32,350 bases of DNA from a virus (IMGVR_UViG_3300032116_000833:1-32350), one strand, 5' to 3'; numbered from the stretch's first letter, positions 17,524-24,774 are shown. Numbers and translations: made by a program. The notes: generated by a model not told the origin, from the sequence alone.

Positions 17524-18108
17524 ATTTTTATATTTGATGTTGAAACTCTCGGTAAAGATTCCGATGCCGTGATATTATCCATGGCCGCAATCTATTTTGA
17601 TCCAGATAAAGAGCCGAGCCATACTCAATTAAGAGAGTCCGCATTCTTTTGTAAGTTTGATGTAAAGCAACAAATCAAAGACTTCAATCGGAAAGTGGAC
17701 AGAGGTACCGTTGAATGGTGGTCCAAACAATGTGAGAATGCACGGAACAAATCATTTAAGCCACATCCAAATGATGTGCCATTTGAGATTGGTTACAGTG
17801 CAATGAGCCAATGGGTCAAATCAAAGAATGATAATAATTGTTGGGTATGGGCTAGAGGCAATTTGGATCAGATGGTACTGAGCCACATTGAGGATCAAAT
17901 GAACCTTGAGAATATCTGGTCATATGCTAGATGGCGTGATGTACGAACTGCAATTGATTTTCTATATGGCACCAAGAATGGATATGTGGATGTGGACACA
18001 CCAGCCTGGGTAGAAGCATTTGATTCAAAGCTACATATTACAAAGCACAATCCAATTGATGATTGTATATTTGATGCCATGCAATTAATGTACGGAAAGA
18101 AAAGCTAA
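17524..18108 (+). CDS. DEDDh 3'-5' exonuclease (DexA/Rv2179c-like), probable ATT start
   Basis: FDVETLG ExoI motif is in frame upstream of the called GTG; WARG..D, RDVRT, HNPIDD. Confidence 0.85.
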   Translation: MFIFDVETLGKDSDAVILSMAAIYFDPDKEPSHTQLRESAFFCKFDVKQQIKDFNRKVDRGTVEWWSKQCENARNKSFKPHPNDVPFEIGYSAMSQWVKSKNDNNCWVWARGNLDQMVLSHIEDQMNLENIWSYARWRDVRTAIDFLYGTKNGYVDVDTPAWVEAFDSKLHITKHNPIDDCIFDAMQLMYGKKS

Positions 18109-18236
18109 TGAAGTATATAGGAATGATAATCAAATATATCTTTATCATATTCTATGCATTTGTAGCCCTTATGTTTGCTATTCTATTTTCTGGCATGGTA
18201 TACGGTGGCTATAAAGAACTAATGAAACTATTATGA
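18108..18236 (+). CDS. 42 aa membrane peptide
   Basis: Coupled at both ends; hydrophobic. Confidence 0.55.
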   Translation: MKYIGMIIKYIFIIFYAFVALMFAILFSGMVYGGYKELMKLL

Positions 18237-18538
18237 ACACGAAATATTATATTATTGCAGGCAATCACCGGGAAGGAACACAATTCATAAAAAACAAATG
18301 TCATACAATGGTGCGGTCTGGTTGGACTTCAATGTCTCTATCCAATTTTGTTTATGTAGCATCACCTGAGATATTAAGAGGGCAAGATAATCCAACAGGA
18401 TGGTTCTATGGTTCATGGCGTGAAAGGGATGATATCGGTATGATTTTGATGATGCTAATATTGAATAAGAGTAAAATACAACAACATTATACACCAGAAT
18501 TTAGAGATGTATTAAAAGAATTTGGATTCAAGCTATGA
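18233..18538 (+). CDS. Hypothetical protein
   Basis: ATGA-coupled chain. Confidence 0.6.
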   Translation: MNTKYYIIAGNHREGTQFIKNKCHTMVRSGWTSMSLSNFVYVASPEILRGQDNPTGWFYGSWRERDDIGMILMMLILNKSKIQQHYTPEFRDVLKEFGFKL

Positions 18539-18690
18539 AAATAACACCAGTACAAAAGAGAATAGATCAACAACGGATTCGGCACCAACAGGACAAGATC
18601 CACCGTGAGCACCTAGAATATGTCAGAAAAGAAAATCAAAAGAGAACCGAACATCCAAACAAAGGCAAAAGGATAGATGAATATGTATAA
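18535..18690 (+). CDS. 51 aa basic/polar protein
   Basis: ATGA-coupled; fills the gap. Confidence 0.55.
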   Translation: MKITPVQKRIDQQRIRHQQDKIHREHLEYVRKENQKRTEHPNKGKRIDEYV

Positions 18691-18832
18691 TAATGATGTT
18701 GAAGAATACACCAAAGAATTGGAGCAGGAAATACTCCGCCTGAAGGCTATTATAGAAAAACTCAGCAATACCGAGGAGTTAAATCCACAAGCGGTGTTTG
18801 CATTTCCTAGCCCACCAAGGATTGATAGATGA
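18683..18832 (+). CDS. 49 aa coiled-coil peptide
   Basis: AAGGA RBS; coupled to the next gene. Confidence 0.55.
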   Translation: MYNNDVEEYTKELEQEILRLKAIIEKLSNTEELNPQAVFAFPSPPRIDR

Positions 18833-19056
18833 AAAAGTGGACAGAAAAAGAATATTCCCAATGGGTATATTATGATGATATTGATGGTAAAATCATCGGT
18901 GCATCCTACAAGGTTGGCAATATGAATAGCATATGGGGCGCCAAGATTTATAAAGATGTTGAGTATGTCCTGGGTACCTTTATTGATTCAGATTATGCGA
19001 GGAGAGCGGTAGAAACCTATTGGGATATTGAGAGTAGGACATTATTAAATGAATAA
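18829..19056 (+). CDS. Hypothetical protein
   Basis: Packed ORF with RBS. Confidence 0.65.
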   Translation: MKKWTEKEYSQWVYYDDIDGKIIGASYKVGNMNSIWGAKIYKDVEYVLGTFIDSDYARRAVETYWDIESRTLLNE

Positions 19057-19246
19057 AATCATTCTAAACGCAAATGATATCACAGAGATATCCAAAGTAA
19101 TTGAAGAATATAAGGTAGACTATTTCACCTTAACACGTAACAATGTAAGTGCTATTGGATATTCTATTGATTTGGAGTATAATACCGAAATCAAGGGTAG
19201 GATGTGTACAGTTATAGTACCAGTCGTAGGGATAGAAGAATGGTAA
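19049..19246 (+). CDS. Hypothetical protein
   Basis: Packed ORF with RBS. Confidence 0.65.
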   Translation: MNKIILNANDITEISKVIEEYKVDYFTLTRNNVSAIGYSIDLEYNTEIKGRMCTVIVPVVGIEEW

Positions 19247-19392
19247 GACCTATCACAGTATTAATAATTGCACTGTATAATCTATCCCTATTTGCAGGAA
19301 CAGCCTATCTTATTATAGAATATGACTGGAGCCCATGGTGGTTTCTATTGACAGTATTGGTTATGGGAATGTATAAGCACAAAGATGACTGA
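19240..19392 (+). CDS. Small two-TM membrane protein
   Basis: Hydrophobic, WSPWWFLL motif; ATG at 19240. Confidence 0.6.
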   Translation: MVRPITVLIIALYNLSLFAGTAYLIIEYDWSPWWFLLTVLVMGMYKHKDD

Positions 19393-20017
19393 GTTTTATG
19401 TTTACATGTACCTAAGGAAGGACGGTACACCATATTATGTGGGTAAAGGAAAAGGAAAGAGGGCATACGCAAAACGAAAAGGAGTAAAGCCACCACCTAT
19501 CGGAGATAGAATAGTATTTCCTTACACCAATTTGACGGAAGAAGATGCATTTCAAAAGGAAATAGAATTAATAGCCAAATATGGTAGGAAGGATAACGGC
19601 ACTGGAATATTAAGAAATCTTACCAATGGTGGTGAAGGCTCAAGTGGATATATACCAACACCAGAAGTTTTGAAGAAACTCCGAGCAAGAAAGCAGACCT
19701 CTGAGCATATAGAAAAAAGAAGATTAGCTAACACCGGTAAAAAACGCTCCAAAGAATATTGCGAGAGATCCAGTATGAGGCAAAAAGGTAAAGTATTTTC
19801 ACCAGAACATAAAGAAAAAATAAGTAAAGCACATTTAGGTAAAGAAAGATCCTTAGAACATAGAGAAAATATAGGTAGAGTGCAACGAGGTAAAAAATTA
19901 TCACCCGAAACCATAGAGAGAATGAGACAAGCACAACTAAAAAGATGGAAGATTAGATTGCAAACCAAAGCATTACAAGCACAAAATGCTGGATTAGATA
20001 ATTTTCTGAGCGATTAA
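19385..20017 (+). CDS. GIY-YIG homing endonuclease (Seg-like) with tandem NUMOD3 repeats
   Basis: FYVY..PYYVGKG...R, E..LI..YGR, LRNLT.GGEG; repeated GK..S.EH..KI. Confidence 0.88.
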   Translation: MTEFYVYMYLRKDGTPYYVGKGKGKRAYAKRKGVKPPPIGDRIVFPYTNLTEEDAFQKEIELIAKYGRKDNGTGILRNLTNGGEGSSGYIPTPEVLKKLRARKQTSEHIEKRRLANTGKKRSKEYCERSSMRQKGKVFSPEHKEKISKAHLGKERSLEHRENIGRVQRGKKLSPETIERMRQAQLKRWKIRLQTKALQAQNAGLDNFLSD

Positions 20018-20042
20018 CGCACCGCAACCGCACTAGCGAGAA

Positions 20043-20378
20043 ATGAGCACCATAAAGACATGCCCGAAGTGTGGGATTACTCACAAAAAAAGAGGACCAT
20101 TCTGCGGGTATTCCTGTGCCAATGCCCGTGAACAACCGCCTGAATTGCGTGAGGCCAAGAGTAAGAAACTAAAAGCATATCACCAATCGCCAGAGGGAAT
20201 CGCAACGGCCTCAATGAGCCGAGACTTTATGCGGGCCATTAACAGAGAACGAGCCAATGACCGAAGCGGAGAATATACCCTACAAGACGAAGACTGGATG
20301 CTGGACATCCCGGTACCCCATGATGAAGAATACGGAGATACATATACCGATGGAAACGATATATGGAGATCCGAATGA
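20043..20378 (+). CDS. Zinc-finger hypothetical protein with acidic tail
   Basis: CPKC...FC...CAN. Confidence 0.65.
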   Translation: MSTIKTCPKCGITHKKRGPFCGYSCANAREQPPELREAKSKKLKAYHQSPEGIATASMSRDFMRAINRERANDRSGEYTLQDEDWMLDIPVPHDEEYGDTYTDGNDIWRSE

Positions 20379-20527
20379 AGACATTGAAACACACATGCGA
20401 CAATTGCGAGGCCGCATTTAAGATAGTATACGACGGCGACCAAGCGCCAGATGATCCGACCTTTTGCCCATTCTGTAGCGAATACATAATGGAAGAGAGT
20501 GAGGATTCCGATGACTTGGACCTATAA
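20375..20527 (+). CDS. 50 aa zinc-ribbon protein with acidic tail
   Basis: CDNC...FCPFC then EESEDSDDLDL; GGAG RBS and ATGA coupling. Confidence 0.7.
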   Translation: MKTLKHTCDNCEAAFKIVYDGDQAPDDPTFCPFCSEYIMEESEDSDDLDL

Positions 20528-20912
20528 TAATGGTGAAGTGACTGATGAACTGATTGGCGATTCATACGGTTTTGTTTATATCATAACGAACTTGCAGAGC
20601 CAGCGCCGATACATTGGTCGCAAGTACTTAACTAAAGCAGCCTATAAAACGGTGAACGGCAAGCGAAAGAAGATCCGCAAAGCAAGCGATTGGGAGACAT
20701 ACTACGGCTCCAATAAGGTACTACTAGAAGATGTGAAGCGCCTTGGCGAAGTGAACTTTACTCGGGAGATTGTGCGGTTCTGCCGAAACAGGTCCGAGTG
20801 TGCATATTGGGAGACGCACCATATATTTGCGATGGGTGCTTTGCTGAGTGATTCATTCTATAATGAGTGGGTGACATGCCGAATATCAAAGCGAAATCTT
20901 GGTGCCCGTTAA
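20511..20912 (+). CDS. GIY-YIG nuclease, T4 endonuclease II (DenA)-like
   Basis: GFVYIITN....YIGRK, SDW.TYYGS, F.REI, YN.W. Confidence 0.8.
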   Translation: MTWTYNNGEVTDELIGDSYGFVYIITNLQSQRRYIGRKYLTKAAYKTVNGKRKKIRKASDWETYYGSNKVLLEDVKRLGEVNFTREIVRFCRNRSECAYWETHHIFAMGALLSDSFYNEWVTCRISKRNLGAR

Positions 20913-20948
20913 TCGTTTTACGTATAAAAGCGTTTTTTACCCTTTATA

Positions 20949-20961
20949 AATCAACAACTTG
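20949..20961 (+). promoter_or_regulatory. IHF consensus site
   Basis: AATCAACAACTTG matches WATCAANNNNTTR exactly, flanked by A/T tracts. Confidence 0.5.
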
Positions 20962-21035
20962 GCGGGTGTTTTTTCGTGTTTTTTGCGTTTATACACGGAG
21001 GAATAGGCACCTATGTACCTCCAGCTTAACCTTCA

Positions 21036-21064
21036 ATTATAACACGTTTTCCCGCTTTTGTCAA
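21036..21064 (-). promoter_or_regulatory. Leftward perfect sigma70 promoter
   Basis: Minus strand TTGACA-17-TATAAT with extended TG. Confidence 0.75.
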
Positions 21065-21067
21065 CAC

Positions 21068-21096
21068 TTGACAGGATAATCTTTTTATGGTATAAT
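21068..21096 (+). promoter_or_regulatory. Rightward perfect sigma70 promoter
   Basis: TTGACA-17-TATAAT with extended TG. Confidence 0.8.
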
Positions 21097-21117
21097 TACT
21101 CTTTACGGAGAATTACC

Positions 21118-21261
21118 ATGTTTAAAGACTTAGATGACGCCAAGCTAGCCGACTTGCTGGAAACTCTAGCGGACCTTTCCCTAGACGGAGAAACCTTCCA
21201 GATTTGCCATGCGGCTCTGCGCCTACAGACTGTCTTGATGGATCATTATCAGCCTGATTGA
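21118..21261 (+). CDS. Small acidic early protein
   Basis: GGAG RBS, ATG at 21118 after the promoter. Confidence 0.6.
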   Translation: MFKDLDDAKLADLLETLADLSLDGETFQICHAALRLQTVLMDHYQPD

Positions 21262-21280
21262 AGTTTACCAAAAATAACAC

Positions 21281-21310
21281 TTGACAAGCCTTGTAGTACT
21301 TAAGTATAAT
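21281..21310 (+). promoter_or_regulatory. sigma70 promoter
   Basis: TTGACA-18-TATAAT. Confidence 0.55.
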
Positions 21311-21357
21311 GGGGCTGTGGGGCTTTCAGATACTTGATTATTTTAATCTGGTATTAC

Positions 21358-21385
21358 TTGACATTAGTACCAGTCCTGTTATACT
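21358..21385 (+). promoter_or_regulatory. sigma70 promoter, leaderless
   Basis: TTGACA-16-TATACT with CCTGN; ATG 6 nt later. Confidence 0.7.
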
Positions 21386-21391
21386 GTATAC

Positions 21392-21613
21392 ATGTTGAAA
21401 GTTATTGAGTTTATCGGAGTGTTCTGTGGCATACTAGGGTCGTTCCTAGTTGCAAGAGGATTCCTAGCAGTAGGGTTTTGTCTTTTTCTCGTTTCCTCTA
21501 TAGCATTGTGCTATTCAGCCGTGAAACAAAGAAATTGGAACTTGACCCTCCTACAAAGTGCATTTTTGTTTTCAAACGTGCTTGGAGTTAGTAATTATGT
21601 TTTCGGAGTATAA
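21392..21613 (+). CDS. Small three-TM membrane protein
   Basis: Three hydrophobic segments. Confidence 0.65.
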   Translation: MLKVIEFIGVFCGILGSFLVARGFLAVGFCLFLVSSIALCYSAVKQRNWNLTLLQSAFLFSNVLGVSNYVFGV

Positions 21614-21614
21614 T

Positions 21615-21710
21615 ATGTCCTCAGAAGTGAAACCTTTCGTTTTCGGATTTGTTTATGCACTAGCCCTGGCTGTGCTTGTCCTTGATTTGCTTGTTTGGAG
21701 AGCCCTATGA
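21615..21710 (+). CDS. 31 aa single-TM peptide
   Basis: GGAG RBS; MSSEVKPFVFGFVYALALAVLVLDLLVWRAL. Confidence 0.6.
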   Translation: MSSEVKPFVFGFVYALALAVLVLDLLVWRAL

Positions 21711-21868
21711 GCCGTTTGTCCGATATTGCTATTGATATCCAGTGTGCCCTGGAAGATGGTGAACTTTCGTTTGCAGAAATTGCCGCGATTTATGAAGTAC
21801 CCATTACTTGGGTCATTGAAGTGGCCGAGTGGATTCACAATGATGAATTGAAAAAACTGCAAATGTAA
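21707..21868 (+). CDS. 53 aa acidic HTH-like protein
   Basis: LSFAEIAAIYEVPITWV helix-turn-helix pattern; GGAG RBS and ATGA coupling. Confidence 0.6.
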   Translation: MSRLSDIAIDIQCALEDGELSFAEIAAIYEVPITWVIEVAEWIHNDELKKLQM

Positions 21869-21882
21869 TACTTTTTCTGTAC

Positions 21883-21911
21883 TTGACATATACCGAGTTT
21901 TCTGGTATAAT
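21883..21911 (+). promoter_or_regulatory. sigma70 promoter, near-leaderless
   Basis: TTGACA-17-TATAAT; ATG 7 nt later. Confidence 0.75.
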
Positions 21912-21918
21912 AGAATAC

Positions 21919-22236
21919 ATGAAAAGCAGAAAACCAAGATCCGATAGAAATCATGTCCTGTACCGTGTCACCTGTGTGGATACCGGTGATTCATACATTG
22001 GTGTTACAGTAGCCAAAGGGCATGCGTTTGTAAGATCCGTCAAAGTCCGCTGGCAAAAGCATGTCAGCCGTGCTAAGTGTGAAGACAAGGCTTGGGCGTT
22101 TTGTGAGGCTCTCCGTAATCTGGCCGAATGTGAATGGCGTTATGAAGTGCTGGATGTGGTTCGTGGGCGTAAACCAGCGCACCAAAGTGAGCGAGCACTA
22201 ATTGACCTGTTTGAACCAACTTTGAATACTTTTTAA
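21919..22236 (+). CDS. Small GIY-YIG nuclease
   Basis: VLY.VT...TGDSYIGVT, RWQKH..RA, E..LI....P.LN. Confidence 0.8.
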   Translation: MKSRKPRSDRNHVLYRVTCVDTGDSYIGVTVAKGHAFVRSVKVRWQKHVSRAKCEDKAWAFCEALRNLAECEWRYEVLDVVRGRKPAHQSERALIDLFEPTLNTF

Positions 22237-22261
22237 CTACAGCAAAAAAGTCAAGTATTCA

Positions 22262-22312
22262 TTGACAAAGGTTGAAATCCTGGTATAATTAACCCATAGA
22301 TTGAGAGAAAAG
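22262..22312 (+). promoter_or_regulatory. Early promoter with conserved ATAGATTGA leader (copy 1)
   Basis: TTGACA-16-TATAAT; 35 bp (22278-22312) identical to 23871-23905. Confidence 0.8.
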
Positions 22313-22314
22313 AA

Positions 22315-22416
22315 ATGCCCGAAGTAGTAGAAACCGAAGAAGTTGCAGAAGTAGTCCCAGAAAATGAAATGTCGGACTACCAGTACATGATGAGTTGTCT
22401 TTACGATAACGATTGA
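22315..22416 (+). CDS. 33 aa highly acidic peptide
   Basis: MPEVVETEEVAEVVPENEMSDYQYMMSCLYDND; first ORF after the promoter. Confidence 0.55.
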   Translation: MPEVVETEEVAEVVPENEMSDYQYMMSCLYDND

Positions 22417-22430
22417 AAAAGGAACAGAAA

Positions 22431-22670
22431 ATGACAAACCTCCAGATTACTCTAGCCAACTTGCAAAGCGAGTACCAGCGGAATGCAGAAATTAACAAGT
22501 CCCTGCGAGTGCAGATCCAAGACTTGAAATTTCAGGTCGTAAAGGAAAAAGCGTTTGCTAAGGTCTTGCGTCAAAGCGCCAAGTCCCAAAAGATAGCGGC
22601 CCGTGAAGCTAAAAAAGCGGCTCGGATTGAAGCCTTGGAAAAGAAATTAATGGCGCTTAGAATGCGCTGA
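22431..22670 (+). CDS. Basic coiled-coil protein
   Basis: AAGGA RBS, heptad pattern. Confidence 0.65.
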   Translation: MTNLQITLANLQSEYQRNAEINKSLRVQIQDLKFQVVKEKAFAKVLRQSAKSQKIAAREAKKAARIEALEKKLMALRMR

Positions 22671-22681
22671 AGGAGTTTATT

Positions 22682-22909
22682 GTGAATGATTTTGTTTTTA
22701 GAGATTTTGTAACCGTTGCAGATATGATGGCCGCACTGTCCGCATTGCCGCCTGATGCAAAACTGGTGATGACCCATTCTGGTTATTACTGTTACAACGA
22801 GTTGGCCGAAGTGTGTCTGCCGGAAGCATACACCATGGATGACGCCGAAGGCGGTCTTTCCGAAGGCGAAGTAGTGTATCGGCTGGGCCATTCGCACCAG
22901 TCTTATTGA
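22682..22909 (+). CDS. Hypothetical protein
   Basis: AAGGAG RBS; TV.D....L..LP.DA motif. Confidence 0.65.
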   Translation: MNDFVFRDFVTVADMMAALSALPPDAKLVMTHSGYYCYNELAEVCLPEAYTMDDAEGGLSEGEVVYRLGHSHQSY

Positions 22910-22911
22910 TT

Positions 22912-23100
22912 GATTTCCTGATGCTAGGCAGGTCAAGGCCTAGCAGTCCTATCCCAAGGATCACCGATACTAGAATATCGGGCCGATGAGCATTGCAAGC
23001 CTTACCACGGGTGCCAATGGACGAGAATTTGGGAAGCAGTAGTTAGCAGTGGGAGACTTTGGTCGGCCCAGGTAAAACTGGGATTTCCTCTAATCCTTTT
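22912..23100 (+). ncRNA. Putative structured ncRNA upstream of an HNH gene
   Basis: GC-rich intergenic region with at least five helices and long-range GCCGA/TCGGC pairing. Confidence 0.6.
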
Positions 23101-23101
23101 A

Positions 23102-23560
23102 ATGAGTATTGAAATGAGTAAAGTTAAAAAAATTCCCGGTTTTGAGAATTATTCCGTGTCCTCCGAGGGTACGGTATCCTCTAGATTCCGAGAATTGAAA
23201 CCTTCCACGTCCACTGGATATGCTAGTGTAACGATATCTAATGGTAAAGAAAAACGAAACTTGCAAATCCATCGTTTGGTGGCTAAACTTTTTATTCGGA
23301 ATCCAAAAAATCTGGAGATTGTGAACCACATTGATGGCAATAAACTGAACAATGATGTATCCAATCTGGAATGGGTTGACCGCAAGGGTAATGCTCGGCA
23401 CTATGAAAAAGAGTTAGCCCCAAAACTCCGAGCCGAGCGTAAAGCGAAAAAAGAAAATGATATGAAAGCTAGGTTGTCAATTGTGAATTTTTCGCATTCC
23501 GCTTGTACTAGCAATCCTGAGTTGTTTCACTCAATTTACAAGACGGTGATGGAGATTTAA
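23102..23560 (+). CDS. NUMOD4-HNH endonuclease
   Basis: IPGFENYSVSSEG.V, HRLVA..FI.NP, VNHIDGNKLNN..SNLEW....N..H. Confidence 0.9.
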   Translation: MSIEMSKVKKIPGFENYSVSSEGTVSSRFRELKPSTSTGYASVTISNGKEKRNLQIHRLVAKLFIRNPKNLEIVNHIDGNKLNNDVSNLEWVDRKGNARHYEKELAPKLRAERKAKKENDMKARLSIVNFSHSACTSNPELFHSIYKTVMEI

Positions 23561-23573
23561 TAAGGAGAACAAA

Positions 23574-23825
23574 ATGGAACGATATAAACAAGTGCTCCGT
23601 ATCCAGCGGTTGCTCTTGGGCGAAGTAGACCACGAAGTCACGGTTAGGAATATCAATGGCAGATACCACTGCCGAGTTTTTACTAATGGTGAATTGAACC
23701 AAGAAGCCGTTTGCTATAGTAAGCGAAACATTGGTTACACTTGCCGCAGCCTTTTGCGTTGGGAAGATAAGTGTGGAAACCTGAGTGCTTTTGCTGGAGC
23801 CGCACGTAAACGGCTGAATACTTGA
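23574..23825 (+). CDS. Hypothetical protein
   Basis: AAGGAG RBS. Confidence 0.65.
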   Translation: MERYKQVLRIQRLLLGEVDHEVTVRNINGRYHCRVFTNGELNQEAVCYSKRNIGYTCRSLLRWEDKCGNLSAFAGAARKRLNT

Positions 23826-23854
23826 CTGGAAAAACTGAGAACTTTTGTAATATA

Positions 23855-23905
23855 TTGACAAATCTTGGATTCCTGGTATAATTAACCCATAGATTGAGAG
23901 AAAAG
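23855..23905 (+). promoter_or_regulatory. Early promoter with ATAGATTGA leader (copy 2)
   Basis: TTGACA-16-TATAAT; 35 bp direct repeat of copy 1. Confidence 0.8.
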
Positions 23906-23913
23906 GAAAAAAG

Positions 23914-24135
23914 ATGAATTACGGAATGTTCTCGGATGAAGGAAACCTTGCTGTTCATGGTATCGTGTTGTACCATAAAGCGGTTAAAAGCCCTTGGCTA
24001 GTTGTCTATCAAAACCTGTGTGACTTGGCTGCAAGCAACCGGGACATGTTTGGTGAAGCTACCGACACCGAAGTGCGTGATTGTGTGTATGGCGCTATTG
24101 GTGCTGATAAGCGCGGCGAGTGCTTCTATGTGTGA
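23914..24135 (+). CDS. Hypothetical early protein
   Basis: YGMFSD.GN..V, EATDT.VR motif; RBS. Confidence 0.7.
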   Translation: MNYGMFSDEGNLAVHGIVLYHKAVKSPWLVVYQNLCDLAASNRDMFGEATDTEVRDCVYGAIGADKRGECFYV

Positions 24136-24313
24136 AGCCTTTAGAGGATATAAAGATATTCCTAGCCAGGTCGTGGCTAGTGACTTGAAATCCAAGGGTA
24201 TCACTCAGTATAGTTGGTATCCTGCAAATGGATGCATTGGTGTTACATACGGAAATGTTAGTTGTTACTATTATGTCCGTGACGGTAAAATTGTGGATAT
24301 TATTTTTGATTGA
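24128..24313 (+). CDS. Hypothetical protein
   Basis: ATG at 24128 overlapping the upstream stop. Confidence 0.55.
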   Translation: MCEAFRGYKDIPSQVVASDLKSKGITQYSWYPANGCIGVTYGNVSCYYYVRDGKIVDIIFD

Positions 24314-24321
24314 GGTTCTCC

Positions 24322-24615
24322 ATGTCTAAATTGTACATTTTCACTCAGAATTACGAGAATTACGGCTCGGAGAATGATCCTTACTGGAAACCGAAGGGTG
24401 GTTCGGATTACTTTGTGTATGATTTTGATGGCGATGAGGCTACAACCATCATGCTGGTCCGTGACCAAATTGAGTGCGATAACCCGTTTTATCGGTCACA
24501 AATCGCTGGCTGGGAAGTAGTACCTAATAACTACCTTACAGAATTTGAGCAGAATCAACTGGACTACGAAGGAAGTATTCGTTTTCCAGCCCGTGTCATT
24601 TCCGCAACAAAGTAA
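24322..24615 (+). CDS. Conserved phage hypothetical protein
   Basis: TQ..ENYG....YWK.KGG..Y motif; GAGG RBS. Confidence 0.7.
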   Translation: MSKLYIFTQNYENYGSENDPYWKPKGGSDYFVYDFDGDEATTIMLVRDQIECDNPFYRSQIAGWEVVPNNYLTEFEQNQLDYEGSIRFPARVISATK

Positions 24616-24623
24616 AAAACCGC

Positions 24624-24666
24624 TTGACATTCTTACCAGGCCTGTTATACTATATTCATAGATTGA
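24624..24666 (+). promoter_or_regulatory. Early promoter with ATAGATTGA leader (copy 3)
   Basis: TTGACA-16-TATACT-6-ATAGATTGA. Confidence 0.75.
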
Positions 24667-24687
24667 TAGAAAAGTGAAGGAAAGAAA

Positions 24688-24771
24688 ATGTTGTTAGTCC
24701 TCTTAGGTGTTTTTGTTGCTCTGGTTCTTACCGGAGTTGTTGTTGGTTCTTCCGTAACTTCTTTGGGATAA
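24688..24771 (+). CDS. 27 aa hydrophobic peptide
   Basis: AAGGA RBS; MLLVLLGVFVALVLTGVVVGSSVTSLG. Confidence 0.5.
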   Translation: MLLVLLGVFVALVLTGVVVGSSVTSLG

Positions 24772-24774
24772 ATC

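Noticed and set aside
19690-19940. Repeats within the GIY-YIG gene as an independent repeat element
   Set aside because: They are ordinary protein-level NUMOD3 DNA-binding repeats.
22917-23060. Hammerhead, HDV-like ribozyme, SRP RNA or tRNA identity for the structured region
   Set aside because: CTGATG is not followed by A plus a GAAA core. The HDV P3/P1 order does not fit cleanly. CAGGTC and GGAAGCAG are too far apart for SRP domain IV. There is no cloverleaf or TTCRA loop.
22289-23976. Similar minus-strand ORF text (FSLNLWVNYTR) in two places
   Set aside because: It is only the reverse translation of the 35 bp promoter repeat.
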